From Candidatus Latescibacterota bacterium (GTDB lineage Bacteria; Latescibacterota; UBA2968; GCA-2709665): DNA of 64,000 bases. Below are positions 48,921 to 57,495 of this stretch, one piece after another. The notes under the pieces were generated by a model. It saw nothing but the letters and a program-made list of their open reading frames with translations, made no database searches and was not told the DNA's origin. How positions within the stretch are numbered: position 1 is the first letter of the stretch; each line of letters opens with the position of its first letter. Location of the stretch: the NCBI GenBank assembly GCA_963662665.2, contig CAXXJS010000040.1:288001-352000 (forward strand), in the 5' to 3' direction. The translations under genes were made by a program, and so were the position numbers.

Positions 48921-49586
48921 ATGACGACAATGAGAACGACGGCACTCTTGTGTTTCCTGCTGCTGGCGGCACCGGAGATGATATGTGCCGGCGTAATGGA
49001 AAGGCGGTCCCGGATTGAACTCAGGATGGGACTGCGGAATCACGGTGGAACAACAGGCGCAACGACAAGCGTTGGTCCATTGGGCGTTGAAACTACCGCT
49101 GGAGCGAATGACGTTTCTTTCTCGTTGGGCTACTCGCACTGGTTGAGGGGCAACGTTGCCGGTCACGCCACGCTGGGCGTCCTGTCAGTGGAGGCGAGTT
49201 CACGCGCCGGGCCCCTGGGCGTCTCCCAGCAGGCGGCGGTTATCTGTCCCATGATTGTCGGCATGAGATACTATCCGCGCAAGCTGTCGCTCGAGACCAC
49301 GTTCAGGCCCTTTCTGACTGCAGGCATAGGGCTCATCACCGGGATTCAATCCAGAAGCGACGTCGGTTTACAGGTTGTGCAGGAATCAGGCGCCATGACA
49401 ACGTTCGGAAGCAGGGCCGGAGTGGGGTTCGACCTGGGGATGGGTGGATCTTTTGTGGCGATTGCAGACCTCGGATACAACCTGATGACGGACTTTTCTC
49501 ACGAGATAGGCGGCCGGCGCAACTACAGCGGGCTTGAATTCGGTCTGGGGATTGGCTGGCAATTCGGGGCGCGCGCCAATCAATGA
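48921..49586 (+). CDS. Outer-membrane beta-barrel protein
   Basis: Signal peptide, amphipathic strands, C-terminal GLGIGWQF. Confidence 0.7.
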   Translation: MTTMRTTALLCFLLLAAPEMICAGVMERRSRIELRMGLRNHGGTTGATTSVGPLGVETTAGANDVSFSLGYSHWLRGNVAGHATLGVLSVEASSRAGPLGVSQQAAVICPMIVGMRYYPRKLSLETTFRPFLTAGIGLITGIQSRSDVGLQVVQESGAMTTFGSRAGVGFDLGMGGSFVAIADLGYNLMTDFSHEIGGRRNYSGLEFGLGIGWQFGARANQ

Positions 49587-49618
49587 GCAGGATGCATTAA
49601 AGCACAAGTAACGCGCCG

Positions 49619-49833
49619 GACCGCATCAGCCGTCGCCGGCCCCTTCGACAGGCTCAGGGATCGGCTCGGCTTCTGCGACTCCCCCTCAAGGGGGGAGTGA
49701 TTAAACCTTCAAACGGGCTCGCCCGATCATTGCCACCTGTTTGGTTGCGGCTGAGCATAGCGAAGCCGCGCTGGGTATTGATACTTTGAAACTGCTCCTG
49801 GTTTCCAATCCTGCTTAATCCTGTAAATCCTGA
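49619..49833. repeat. Cluster of several small palindromic and tandem repeat types
   Basis: CCCTTCGACAGGCTCAGGG (49641-49659), ACTCCCCCT..AGGGGGGAGT hairpin (49678-49698), GCGGCT..AGCCGC (49747-49769), AATCCTG x3 (49807-49832). Confidence 0.65.
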
Positions 49834-49868
49834 TCGGTTTTTGAATTAACGAGATCCAGGAGGTCGTA

Positions 49869-50969
49869 ATGGCGAATTACCGCGTGGCGATCATCGGCAC
49901 GGGTCGCGTGGGATACCAGTTCAGTTTCGGGGATCTGCCGGACAACCACGCCGATACGTTGCGGCAACATCCAAACTGCGAACTGGTGGCGGGTGTGAAC
50001 CGCGGGCGCGAAAAACTGGATATTTTCGGGAAGCGCTACGGGATAGACGCGCTTTTTCACGACTACCGTCGAATGCTGAACGAAGTCAGGCCGGATATCT
50101 GTATTGTGGCCACACATCCGGAATTGCATTGCGAAATGGTGGAAACATGCGCCGCGGCGCCCGAGACGAAGGCAATCATCTGCGAAAAACCGATGGCGCT
50201 GTCCCTGGAGGAATGCGACCGGATGATTAACGCCTGCGACAACGCGGGCATCCTGCTGCAGGTCAATCACAACCGCCGGTGGTCTCCCGAGTGGAATCTG
50301 GGACTGCGGCTGCTGCGGGACGGCGCGATTGGCAAGCTGAACCACATCTATTGCTATATGGACGGCGGCAAGCCGGACCCTTCGTGGCGAAGCGAAAACG
50401 AGGGGCCGTTTCTGCACGACTTTACCCACTACTTCGACCTGATGGATATGTACGCCGGGGAGGTGGCCTGGTTGTGCGGGATGGCGGAGCAGCGGATGCG
50501 TCCCTGGGCCGTGGAGGACTTCGGCGCGGCGATCATGAAATTCAGGAACGGTGCGACGGGTCTGGTCCATGGCGCCGAGTTGACATCCTATACGGACAAT
50601 GCGTTCGAGTTGCGCGGGACGGAGGGCGTGATCCGTTTTCTCGGTGAACGGGTCCATTTCTACCGCGCGGTGGAGGACGACTACGAACCGGACAGCGGGT
50701 TTCAGTGGCATTCCCTTCAGCACACACCCGTCGACCATCCATCGCCCGCGTCTACGTACGTCGTCGCGCTGAACGAACTGGTCGATGCGCTGGAGGGCCG
50801 AGGGGAATTGCAAAGCGACGGACGGGTAGGGCTGCGATCATTGGAGATGGTAATGGCGATCTACCAGTCCCAGCTGGCGGGGAACCGGCCAGTCGATTTC
50901 CCGCTCCAGGCGCGCGGCTCGGGTGTGGCGGCCCTGCGGGATGCGGGACAGTTTGTCGATCGGCAATGA
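49869..50969 (+). CDS. Gfo/Idh/MocA-family oxidoreductase
   Basis: IIGTGRVG, ICEKPMA, NHNRRW, HDFTHYFD. Confidence 0.9.
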   Translation: MANYRVAIIGTGRVGYQFSFGDLPDNHADTLRQHPNCELVAGVNRGREKLDIFGKRYGIDALFHDYRRMLNEVRPDICIVATHPELHCEMVETCAAAPETKAIICEKPMALSLEECDRMINACDNAGILLQVNHNRRWSPEWNLGLRLLRDGAIGKLNHIYCYMDGGKPDPSWRSENEGPFLHDFTHYFDLMDMYAGEVAWLCGMAEQRMRPWAVEDFGAAIMKFRNGATGLVHGAELTSYTDNAFELRGTEGVIRFLGERVHFYRAVEDDYEPDSGFQWHSLQHTPVDHPSPASTYVVALNELVDALEGRGELQSDGRVGLRSLEMVMAIYQSQLAGNRPVDFPLQARGSGVAALRDAGQFVDRQ

Positions 50970-50997
50970 GTGTCATTCAGCAGAGAAGAGGATTGCA

Positions 50998-52833
50998 ATG
51001 GCGGAGTCCGAAGTGCGGGGATCGTGGATCGAATACGACGTAGTCGTCCGGCGGAACGTGATGGTGCCCATGCGGGACGGCGTGAAGCTGGCGACGGACC
51101 TGTATTTCCCGGCGAAGCACGGGGCCATTGTTCCGGGCGCATTTCCCGCGGTGATCGAGCGCACGCCGTACGATAAGGAATCGAAATTCAGCGAGGGTCG
51201 GTATCTTGCGCGGAGAGGCTACGTGGCCGTCCGGCAGGACGTCCGCGGGCGGTTTGAATCCGAGGGCCTGTGGCATCCGTTTGCAAAGGAGGCGCCGGAC
51301 GGGTACGATACCGTGGAGTGGGTGGCCGCGCAGCCCTGGTGCGACGGAAACGTGGGCACGATGGGCGGGTCCTACTGCGGAAGCGACCAGAGCGCGCTTG
51401 CCACCCTGAATCCGCCCCACCTGAAAGCCATGGTCGTCGCGGTGGGCACGTCGAACTATCACACCAGTTCGATGCGGCAGAACGGCGCGCTGGAATTGCG
51501 GTTCATGATCTATGCGTTCAGGATGGCAACCACAAGCAAGGAGGCGCTGGGGGATGCGACGCTGAAGGCCGCATTGGACGCTGATTTCGCGAGGGTCGGC
51601 GAGTGGCTGACGCGGACGCCCTACAGGAAGGGATCTTCCGCACTGCGGCATCTACCATCTTATGAACAGTGGGTCCTGGATCTTCTGGGAGAAGGAGATT
51701 TCAACGACTATTGGAAGCAACGCGGATACGCAATCGACCACTACTACGACGAGCACGCGGACGTGCCCACGATATATCTGGGCGGGTGGTACGACACATA
51801 TACCCGCGGGACCACCGCTAATTACGTGGCGCTGTCGAAGCGGATGAAGTCCCCGCAGCATCTCTTTATGGGCCCGTGGACCCACGGCGGTTGGGGCAAT
51901 TCCTTCGCGGGAGACGTGGACTTCGGGTCGGAGTCCGTCCTGGACGATTACGACGGATACCGGCTTAGCTGGTTCGACCGGTGGTTGAAGGGAATGGACA
52001 ACGGCGTGGACCGCGAAAAGCCGGTACGTATATTCGTGATGGGTGGCGGCGACGGACGCAGGAACCGGGAAGGGCGACTGTCCTATATGGGGGTCTGGCG
52101 CGACGTGGAGGACTGGCCGCTGCCCGGGACGCTGTTTACGCCGTACTATCTTCACCCGGACGGCGGAATCGGAGAGGACGTACCGGTAGCTTCCGAGCCC
52201 AGTCGATACACGTTCGATCCCCGGGACCCGGTTCCCACGGTCGGCGGCAATCTGTCCGCCGGGGATCCGATTCTCGTGGCCGGTGCGTACGATCAGCGCG
52301 GCGATTCGCGTTTTTATGGATGCAGGGACAGCCTGCCGCTATCCGCCCGGAGCGACGTCCTCGTCTTTCAGACGCCCGAATTGAAGGAACCCCTGGAAGT
52401 GACCGGGCCGTTGACGATGAAATTGTGGGTATCTTCCTCCGCAGCGGATACAGACTTTACGGTGAAGCTGATCGACGTTCATCCCCCGAATGAGGATTAT
52501 CCCGACGGCTTCGCTCAGAATATTACGGACAGCATCGTCAGGGGGCGTTATCGGAATTCGCGGGATAATCCGGAGTTGATGTCGCCGGGCGAAATCTACG
52601 AACTGGAGATCGTAATGTATCCAACCTCCACCGTATTCGACGCGGGCCACCGGATCAGGGTGGACGTCTCAAGCAGCAATTTCCCCAGGTTCGATGTCAA
52701 TCCGAATACGGGCGGTACTTTGGGCCGGGACCGCCGGGTTGTGCTGGCGGAAAACGTGATCTATCACGACCCGGATCACCCCTCTCATATTGTCCTTCCC
52801 GTTATTCCGGAGTCCCGGCAGGAAAATGGATAA
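50998..52833 (+). CDS. CocE/NonD-family serine hydrolase
   Basis: MRDGVKLATD, QDVRGRFESEG, GGSYCG nucleophile, GGWYD, GPWTH, SSSNFPRFDVN. Confidence 0.92.
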   Translation: MAESEVRGSWIEYDVVVRRNVMVPMRDGVKLATDLYFPAKHGAIVPGAFPAVIERTPYDKESKFSEGRYLARRGYVAVRQDVRGRFESEGLWHPFAKEAPDGYDTVEWVAAQPWCDGNVGTMGGSYCGSDQSALATLNPPHLKAMVVAVGTSNYHTSSMRQNGALELRFMIYAFRMATTSKEALGDATLKAALDADFARVGEWLTRTPYRKGSSALRHLPSYEQWVLDLLGEGDFNDYWKQRGYAIDHYYDEHADVPTIYLGGWYDTYTRGTTANYVALSKRMKSPQHLFMGPWTHGGWGNSFAGDVDFGSESVLDDYDGYRLSWFDRWLKGMDNGVDREKPVRIFVMGGGDGRRNREGRLSYMGVWRDVEDWPLPGTLFTPYYLHPDGGIGEDVPVASEPSRYTFDPRDPVPTVGGNLSAGDPILVAGAYDQRGDSRFYGCRDSLPLSARSDVLVFQTPELKEPLEVTGPLTMKLWVSSSAADTDFTVKLIDVHPPNEDYPDGFAQNITDSIVRGRYRNSRDNPELMSPGEIYELEIVMYPTSTVFDAGHRIRVDVSSSNFPRFDVNPNTGGTLGRDRRVVLAENVIYHDPDHPSHIVLPVIPESRQENG

Positions 52834-53731
52834 CGACTCCGGGATTTCCTATCGCGATCGAAGGTCCGGACGGACGATAACGGAGCCGCTGTCTTACGCT
52901 TTTTTTCAGCGCGTGTTCCACGCTTCTTTCGTCCTGGGGCTCTTCCACCTGCTGCTGAATAATTCGGTTTTCTGCCGGTTGTATGGCTGGATGCAGGCGC
53001 GCCCGGGAAGTGTCCGGAAGATTTCCCGCTTTGTCGGCAAATACGGCATTGACCTCGAAGAGATCGAATTTCCCCTGGATCGATACAGGAGTTTCAACGG
53101 GTTCTTCACCAGGCGGCTGAAACCCGATGCCAGGCCGTTTGCCCCGGAACCCGACACGTTCCCCTGTCCCGCGGACGGCAAGGTCCTTGTCTATCAGCAA
53201 CTCGAGGATGGCGCCCTGATCCCGGTAAAAGGGGCATCGGTTCCACTGCAACTCCTGCTGGATTCAGAGGACGAGGCGGGTACGTACCGCGACGGTTCGG
53301 CGCTGGTTGTGCGGCTCGCGCCATACGACTATCACCGTTTTCACTTTCCGGATTCGGGAAATGCCGGACCGGCGCGCGTGGTTGCCGGCCGTTACTACAT
53401 TGTGAATCCGTTGGGCCTTGCCCGGGTGCCCGGCGTATTCTGGCGGAACAAGCGCGCGATCACCAGTTTCGATTCAGACCGGTTCGGAAGGATCGCATAT
53501 CTGGAAATAGGCGGTTTTGCGGTTGGCAGCATCGTTGAGACGTACACGCCGGGCGCGGTCGACCGGGGTCAGGAGAAGGGTTATTTTCAGTTCGGCGGGT
53601 CCACGATTGTGCTGCTGTTCGAGCCGGGAACGGTTGTCTTTGACGACGACCTCACGGCAGACTCGGTGCGTGGAATTGAGGTGCACGTTCGGGCGGGCAG
53701 CGGGATCGGCAGGCGAATTCAGGATCAGTGA
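52826..53731 (+). CDS. psd: Phosphatidylserine decarboxylase proenzyme
   Basis: SFNGFFTRRLK, PADG, RLAPYDYHRFH, GYFQFGGST (self-cleavage motif). Confidence 0.88.
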   Translation: MDNDSGISYRDRRSGRTITEPLSYAFFQRVFHASFVLGLFHLLLNNSVFCRLYGWMQARPGSVRKISRFVGKYGIDLEEIEFPLDRYRSFNGFFTRRLKPDARPFAPEPDTFPCPADGKVLVYQQLEDGALIPVKGASVPLQLLLDSEDEAGTYRDGSALVVRLAPYDYHRFHFPDSGNAGPARVVAGRYYIVNPLGLARVPGVFWRNKRAITSFDSDRFGRIAYLEIGGFAVGSIVETYTPGAVDRGQEKGYFQFGGSTIVLLFEPGTVVFDDDLTADSVRGIEVHVRAGSGIGRRIQDQ

Positions 53732-53760
53732 CGCGGATCGCGTCAGCCCTGAGCTTGCGG

Positions 53761-53778
53761 TCCCTGAGCCTGTCGAAG
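53761..53778 (-). repeat. Second copy of the CTTCGACAGGCTCAGGGA repeat
   Basis: TCCCTGAGCCTGTCGAAG is the exact reverse complement of 49643-49660. Degenerate partial copies lie nearby (53747, ~53831-53860). Confidence 0.7.
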
Positions 53779-53942
53779 ATCCGGCGAAGGGACGTCGACT
53801 TGCCCCTTAAGGATAGTGAAACGCGGGCAATTCGACATTTCTGCAAGCTCAGTGCAAGCAGCGCAGGCAATGATCACGTTTCACCGAGACGGGATGAATC
53901 GGCGGGAGAATGGTGAGATATTTCCGGAACAGGACACCAGAT

Positions 53943-53980
53943 CGGGGTGAGGCGCAATCCGGCCTCACCCCGTTTCTTCT
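53943..53980 (+). terminator. Hairpin terminator between convergent genes
   Basis: CGGGGTGAGGC-N8-GCCTCACCCCG followed by TTTCTTCT. Overlaps the stop codon of the minus-strand gene. Confidence 0.6.
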
Positions 53981-56025
53981 TCCGGCCCCAGGCAGACGAA
54001 TTCCCGTGGATTCGCAAAGTTTTGATTGGTGGCATCGATCCACTGCTCCGTTCGAGCGGTGGTCGAGACACGTACTTCCTCGATTTCACCCTGAAACGGC
54101 GCTCCGCCGCCTGCGAGGCGCCCGACGGAGACCGGTGTATTGCCTGACTGAACATGACCGCTTGCTTCGGTGGAAGCCACGGCCGCACCGTCAATGTAGA
54201 GCGTTACCCGTTCACCGTCGTATACGCCCGCAAGGTGATGCCGGCCGGGAGCGAGCGTCCTGTTTGCGCGCACGCTTCGGGTGCCGTCTTCCGTGTCAAT
54301 GGTGAAGGTCGGTCCCGGCAGCGATGCGCAGAGGCCGCCGTTGTGACCGCATTCCGCGTATTTGAGTATGAACGAAGCGTCGTCCACCGTATCGTAGCGC
54401 AGCACCTTTCCGTGCGGTGTGTACTCGCGATCGTCGTTTTCATCGGGGTCTTCACGCCATGGTGCAAAATACACGTACCGGCCGTCGAACGCGCCCCCAT
54501 TGAATCCGCCGGGGTTCGGCGGATAGGTAAAGACGCCTCCGTCGGCGGCATCCCACGCGGCCTTGTCGGTAAAGTTCATGCAGGTGTTGTAACGCAGCAC
54601 GCGACAGTGGAAACCCCGTTGGGGCTCGTCGCCCTCGTAGAACGGGATGTAGTAGACGTACTGGCCGTCGAAGGCCGCGCCGTCGTAGCCCTTTGTGTGC
54701 AGGCCGGACGTTCCGGCTGCATCGTACGCTTCCCAGGCCTCGGGATCCTTGAAGTCCCCCCGAGTATCGTATCTGACGGCGTTGCTGTGTGCGTAAGGGA
54801 CGTAATAGACGTAGCGGCCGTCGAAAACGGCGCCCACGCACATCCCCATGCCATGAACGCTGGCATCCAGGGCCTGCCAGGCGGCCGGATCGTCAAACCC
54901 GACGCGGGTATCGTGGCGGAGCACAATTCCGCGTTCATTGAGTGGCGAGTAATAGACATAACGTCCGTCGAACGTCGCCCCGTCGTAGTTCTTCGAATCC
55001 AGTCCGTCGGTATTCCCGGCATCGAAAATCACATAACTGTCAGGATCCTTGAAGCCGCCCCGGGTATCGTAACGGAGGGCTTTCCCCGTTTCACCGGAAT
55101 CGCCCTCATATCCCGGCGAGAGGTAGATGTATCGACCGTCGTAGGCGGCGCTCTGGCAGGCCATGGTTCTCCCGACGTCGTACGCCTCCCAGCTGCCGGG
55201 ATCCCGGAATTCCCCGCGCCGGTCAAATCGCAGGATGCGGCTGTGCAGGGTCACGCCGTCGGTACGCGGGACAAAATAGATATGGTCCCCGGCGTGTACG
55301 ACGCCGTAATACCCTTTCGTGTTGAGGCCGTCCGTACACCCGGCGTCGTATCCCTGCCAGCTTTCAGGATCGTTGAACCCACCCCGTGAGTCGTATCGCA
55401 GAACCTGGCCGTGGCGCTCCTGTGAAGCATTGCATTGCGGCGCGAAGTAGACGTAGCGGCCGTCCGAGACTGCGCCGAAATAGCCCTTCGTGTCCAGGCC
55501 GTCGGTTTCCCCGGCATCGCAGGACTCGAACGCATCCATCGTGGATCGCAGCGACCACCTGGACACCAGCACCTGGAAGGCGTCCGTATTGACCTGGTCG
55601 CTTTGGACCCAGGCTTCAACGGTCAGGGATTCAACGCGGTCGAGCGGTTCGGACCGGATCGCGTCACCATTACATTGAACCAGCGCATAGTGCGAATCCC
55701 AGACCGGATCCGGGCATGAGACCGCGTCCGCTCCATAGCACAGGTATAGCGTCGTGTCCGCAGACAGCGAGGGAACCCTCACGCGTGCCCTCAGGGCGCC
55801 GTCTTCGGGGCAGTAGGACTCGATACGGTACGCCAGCGCGTCGCCTTCGCCGGACAGGAAGTGGATGTCGCTCCCGTCTTCCCTGAGAACATGGCCGCCC
55901 TTCCCGGTTGATTTCAGTCCGTCGTCCCGGATGACCACGAGAAGCGGAAAGTCCTGAAGATGCGGAACCTTCCCGTCAGGGTTGACGCTAAGTTGCCGGC
56001 GGATGGGTTTCCCGGCTGTTTCCAT
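53965..56025 (-). CDS. DUF2341-like + LamG/ConA-like lectin protein with seven inserted FDGRYVY repeats
   Basis: N-terminal DFPLLV...DGSDIHF...VRVPSLS. LamG parts LTVEAWV and HHLAGVYDG...LYIDG...FQGEIEEVRVS flank seven ~50-aa repeats. Confidence 0.75.
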   Translation of the reverse strand: METAGKPIRRQLSVNPDGKVPHLQDFPLLVVIRDDGLKSTGKGGHVLREDGSDIHFLSGEGDALAYRIESYCPEDGALRARVRVPSLSADTTLYLCYGADAVSCPDPVWDSHYALVQCNGDAIRSEPLDRVESLTVEAWVQSDQVNTDAFQVLVSRWSLRSTMDAFESCDAGETDGLDTKGYFGAVSDGRYVYFAPQCNASQERHGQVLRYDSRGGFNDPESWQGYDAGCTDGLNTKGYYGVVHAGDHIYFVPRTDGVTLHSRILRFDRRGEFRDPGSWEAYDVGRTMACQSAAYDGRYIYLSPGYEGDSGETGKALRYDTRGGFKDPDSYVIFDAGNTDGLDSKNYDGATFDGRYVYYSPLNERGIVLRHDTRVGFDDPAAWQALDASVHGMGMCVGAVFDGRYVYYVPYAHSNAVRYDTRGDFKDPEAWEAYDAAGTSGLHTKGYDGAAFDGQYVYYIPFYEGDEPQRGFHCRVLRYNTCMNFTDKAAWDAADGGVFTYPPNPGGFNGGAFDGRYVYFAPWREDPDENDDREYTPHGKVLRYDTVDDASFILKYAECGHNGGLCASLPGPTFTIDTEDGTRSVRANRTLAPGRHHLAGVYDGERVTLYIDGAAVASTEASGHVQSGNTPVSVGRLAGGGAPFQGEIEEVRVSTTARTEQWIDATNQNFANPREFVCLGPEEETG

Positions 56026-56048
56026 GGTATCCTCTCAGATAAGTGATA

Positions 56049-56077
56049 GTCGGGGCAGGTTCGAAACCTGCCCGTAC
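56049..56077. repeat. REP-like palindrome
   Basis: GTCG-GGGCAGGTT-CGA-AACCTGCCC-GTAC, resembling GTAG-type REP sequences. Confidence 0.55.
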
Positions 56078-56107
56078 GGATTGGTCATCGACATGCGCTT
56101 CGTCCCA

Positions 56108-57199
56108 TCACGGCTCAAGCGTTACCTTGATTGAACGGTCACCCGTCGCGACGAGATCGATGCCTTCCTGGAATCTCTCGAGCGGCAGGCGATGGGTCAC
56201 GATACGATCCATTGGCAGGAAAACCTTTTGGATCATATCGATCGCAACGGGATAACATCCGGGCCCCAGGTGGGCGCCGTGGATGTTGAGTTCCTTGGTG
56301 TCGCCGATGATGGTCCAGTCCGTCGTCACCGGCTCGCGAAGCACGCTGAATTCGACAAACGTGCCGAGCTTGCAGATCAGGTGCAGACCCTGTTCCACGG
56401 CGGCCGGATGCCCGGTCGCTTCGATATAAACGTCGCAGCCATACCCGTCGGTAAGGTGGCGTACTTCCCGGATGGCGTCCGTCTTACCGGGATTGAAGAC
56501 CAGGTCCGCGCCACAGGCGCGCGCCACGTCCAGGCGGTCGTCGTTGAGGTCCAACGCAATTAACAGGCGGGGATTCTTGAGCCGGGCGGCTGCGACCATC
56601 CCCAGCCCCAGCGGTCCCGCGCCGGCGATGACCACGGTGTGGTCCAGTTCGATTTCGCCCCGCTGCACGGCGTGGATTGCGCACGCCAGCGGCTCGATGT
56701 ACACGGCCTGTTCGGGTGGAATGCGCGAGGGAACCTTATAGTTGAGGGCGTCGGCGGGAAAACGCATGTATTCGGCCATTGCGCCAAATGTGTTCTGCCG
56801 GAAGCCGTAGATGTCGTGCCGCATACACATCCAGTACTGCCCGCGCCGGCAGTAACGGCACGCGTGACAAGGGACGATCTGTTCCGAAATCGCCGTGTCC
56901 CCGATGGCGAGTCCGTATTTCTCGCCGGCGCCCGGTCCGAGAAGAACCACCTCGCCGATGAATTCATGGCCGGGGATTACAGGGGCCTGGCAGTATCCCT
57001 CGCGCTGTTCGTCTCCCCAGAAGAGCGGGGCGCCCAGATAACATTTGAGATCGCTGGCGCAGATACCGGCCGACTTGACTCGGACGACAACCTCCTCCGG
57101 TCCCGGACGCGGCACGGGGTGTCCTTCAAGGCGGTAGTCCCCGGGTCCGTGGCAGACAACCGCCGGCATGTTCGCCGGAAGTCCGGTATGCGGTGTCAA
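56108..57199 (-). CDS. Zn-dependent polyol dehydrogenase (erythritol/L-threitol dehydrogenase-like)
   Basis: GICASD, PGHEF, CHACRYC..GQYWMC, GAGPLG, DWTIIGDTKELNIHG. Confidence 0.85.
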   Translation of the reverse strand: MTPHTGLPANMPAVVCHGPGDYRLEGHPVPRPGPEEVVVRVKSAGICASDLKCYLGAPLFWGDEQREGYCQAPVIPGHEFIGEVVLLGPGAGEKYGLAIGDTAISEQIVPCHACRYCRRGQYWMCMRHDIYGFRQNTFGAMAEYMRFPADALNYKVPSRIPPEQAVYIEPLACAIHAVQRGEIELDHTVVIAGAGPLGLGMVAAARLKNPRLLIALDLNDDRLDVARACGADLVFNPGKTDAIREVRHLTDGYGCDVYIEATGHPAAVEQGLHLICKLGTFVEFSVLREPVTTDWTIIGDTKELNIHGAHLGPGCYPVAIDMIQKVFLPMDRIVTHRLPLERFQEGIDLVATGDRSIKVTLEP

Positions 57200-57495
57200 T
57201 GCAACGCTCCTTTGACGCGTAGGATCGGTGGGCTCGCCCCTTTTCGGACAACGCTGAGTCGTCCCCGGGCCGGGAAGGAGACCGCGGGTTCCTCTACAAC
57301 ACCAGACGGTCGAATCCGTACTTTGGTGACAACCGCGCGCGTGCCGGAGACATCAAGATAGGACGAAACAAAACGGATGGCAACCGAATCGAATGGATCG
57401 GCCGCCAGGGTTTTTTCTTGTGTCCGACTTCCCAACCTGTATACATTGCGGGTGCCTATGTACGTAATTCCTGTTTCAACCGAGAGGAGTGATTG

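Noticed and set aside
47532-49166. Long antisense ORFs (also 8382-9767, 17662-19080, 29056-30198, 43040-44326, 54154-55389)
   Set aside because: Shadow frames opposite well-supported genes in GC-rich DNA, with no recognisable motifs.
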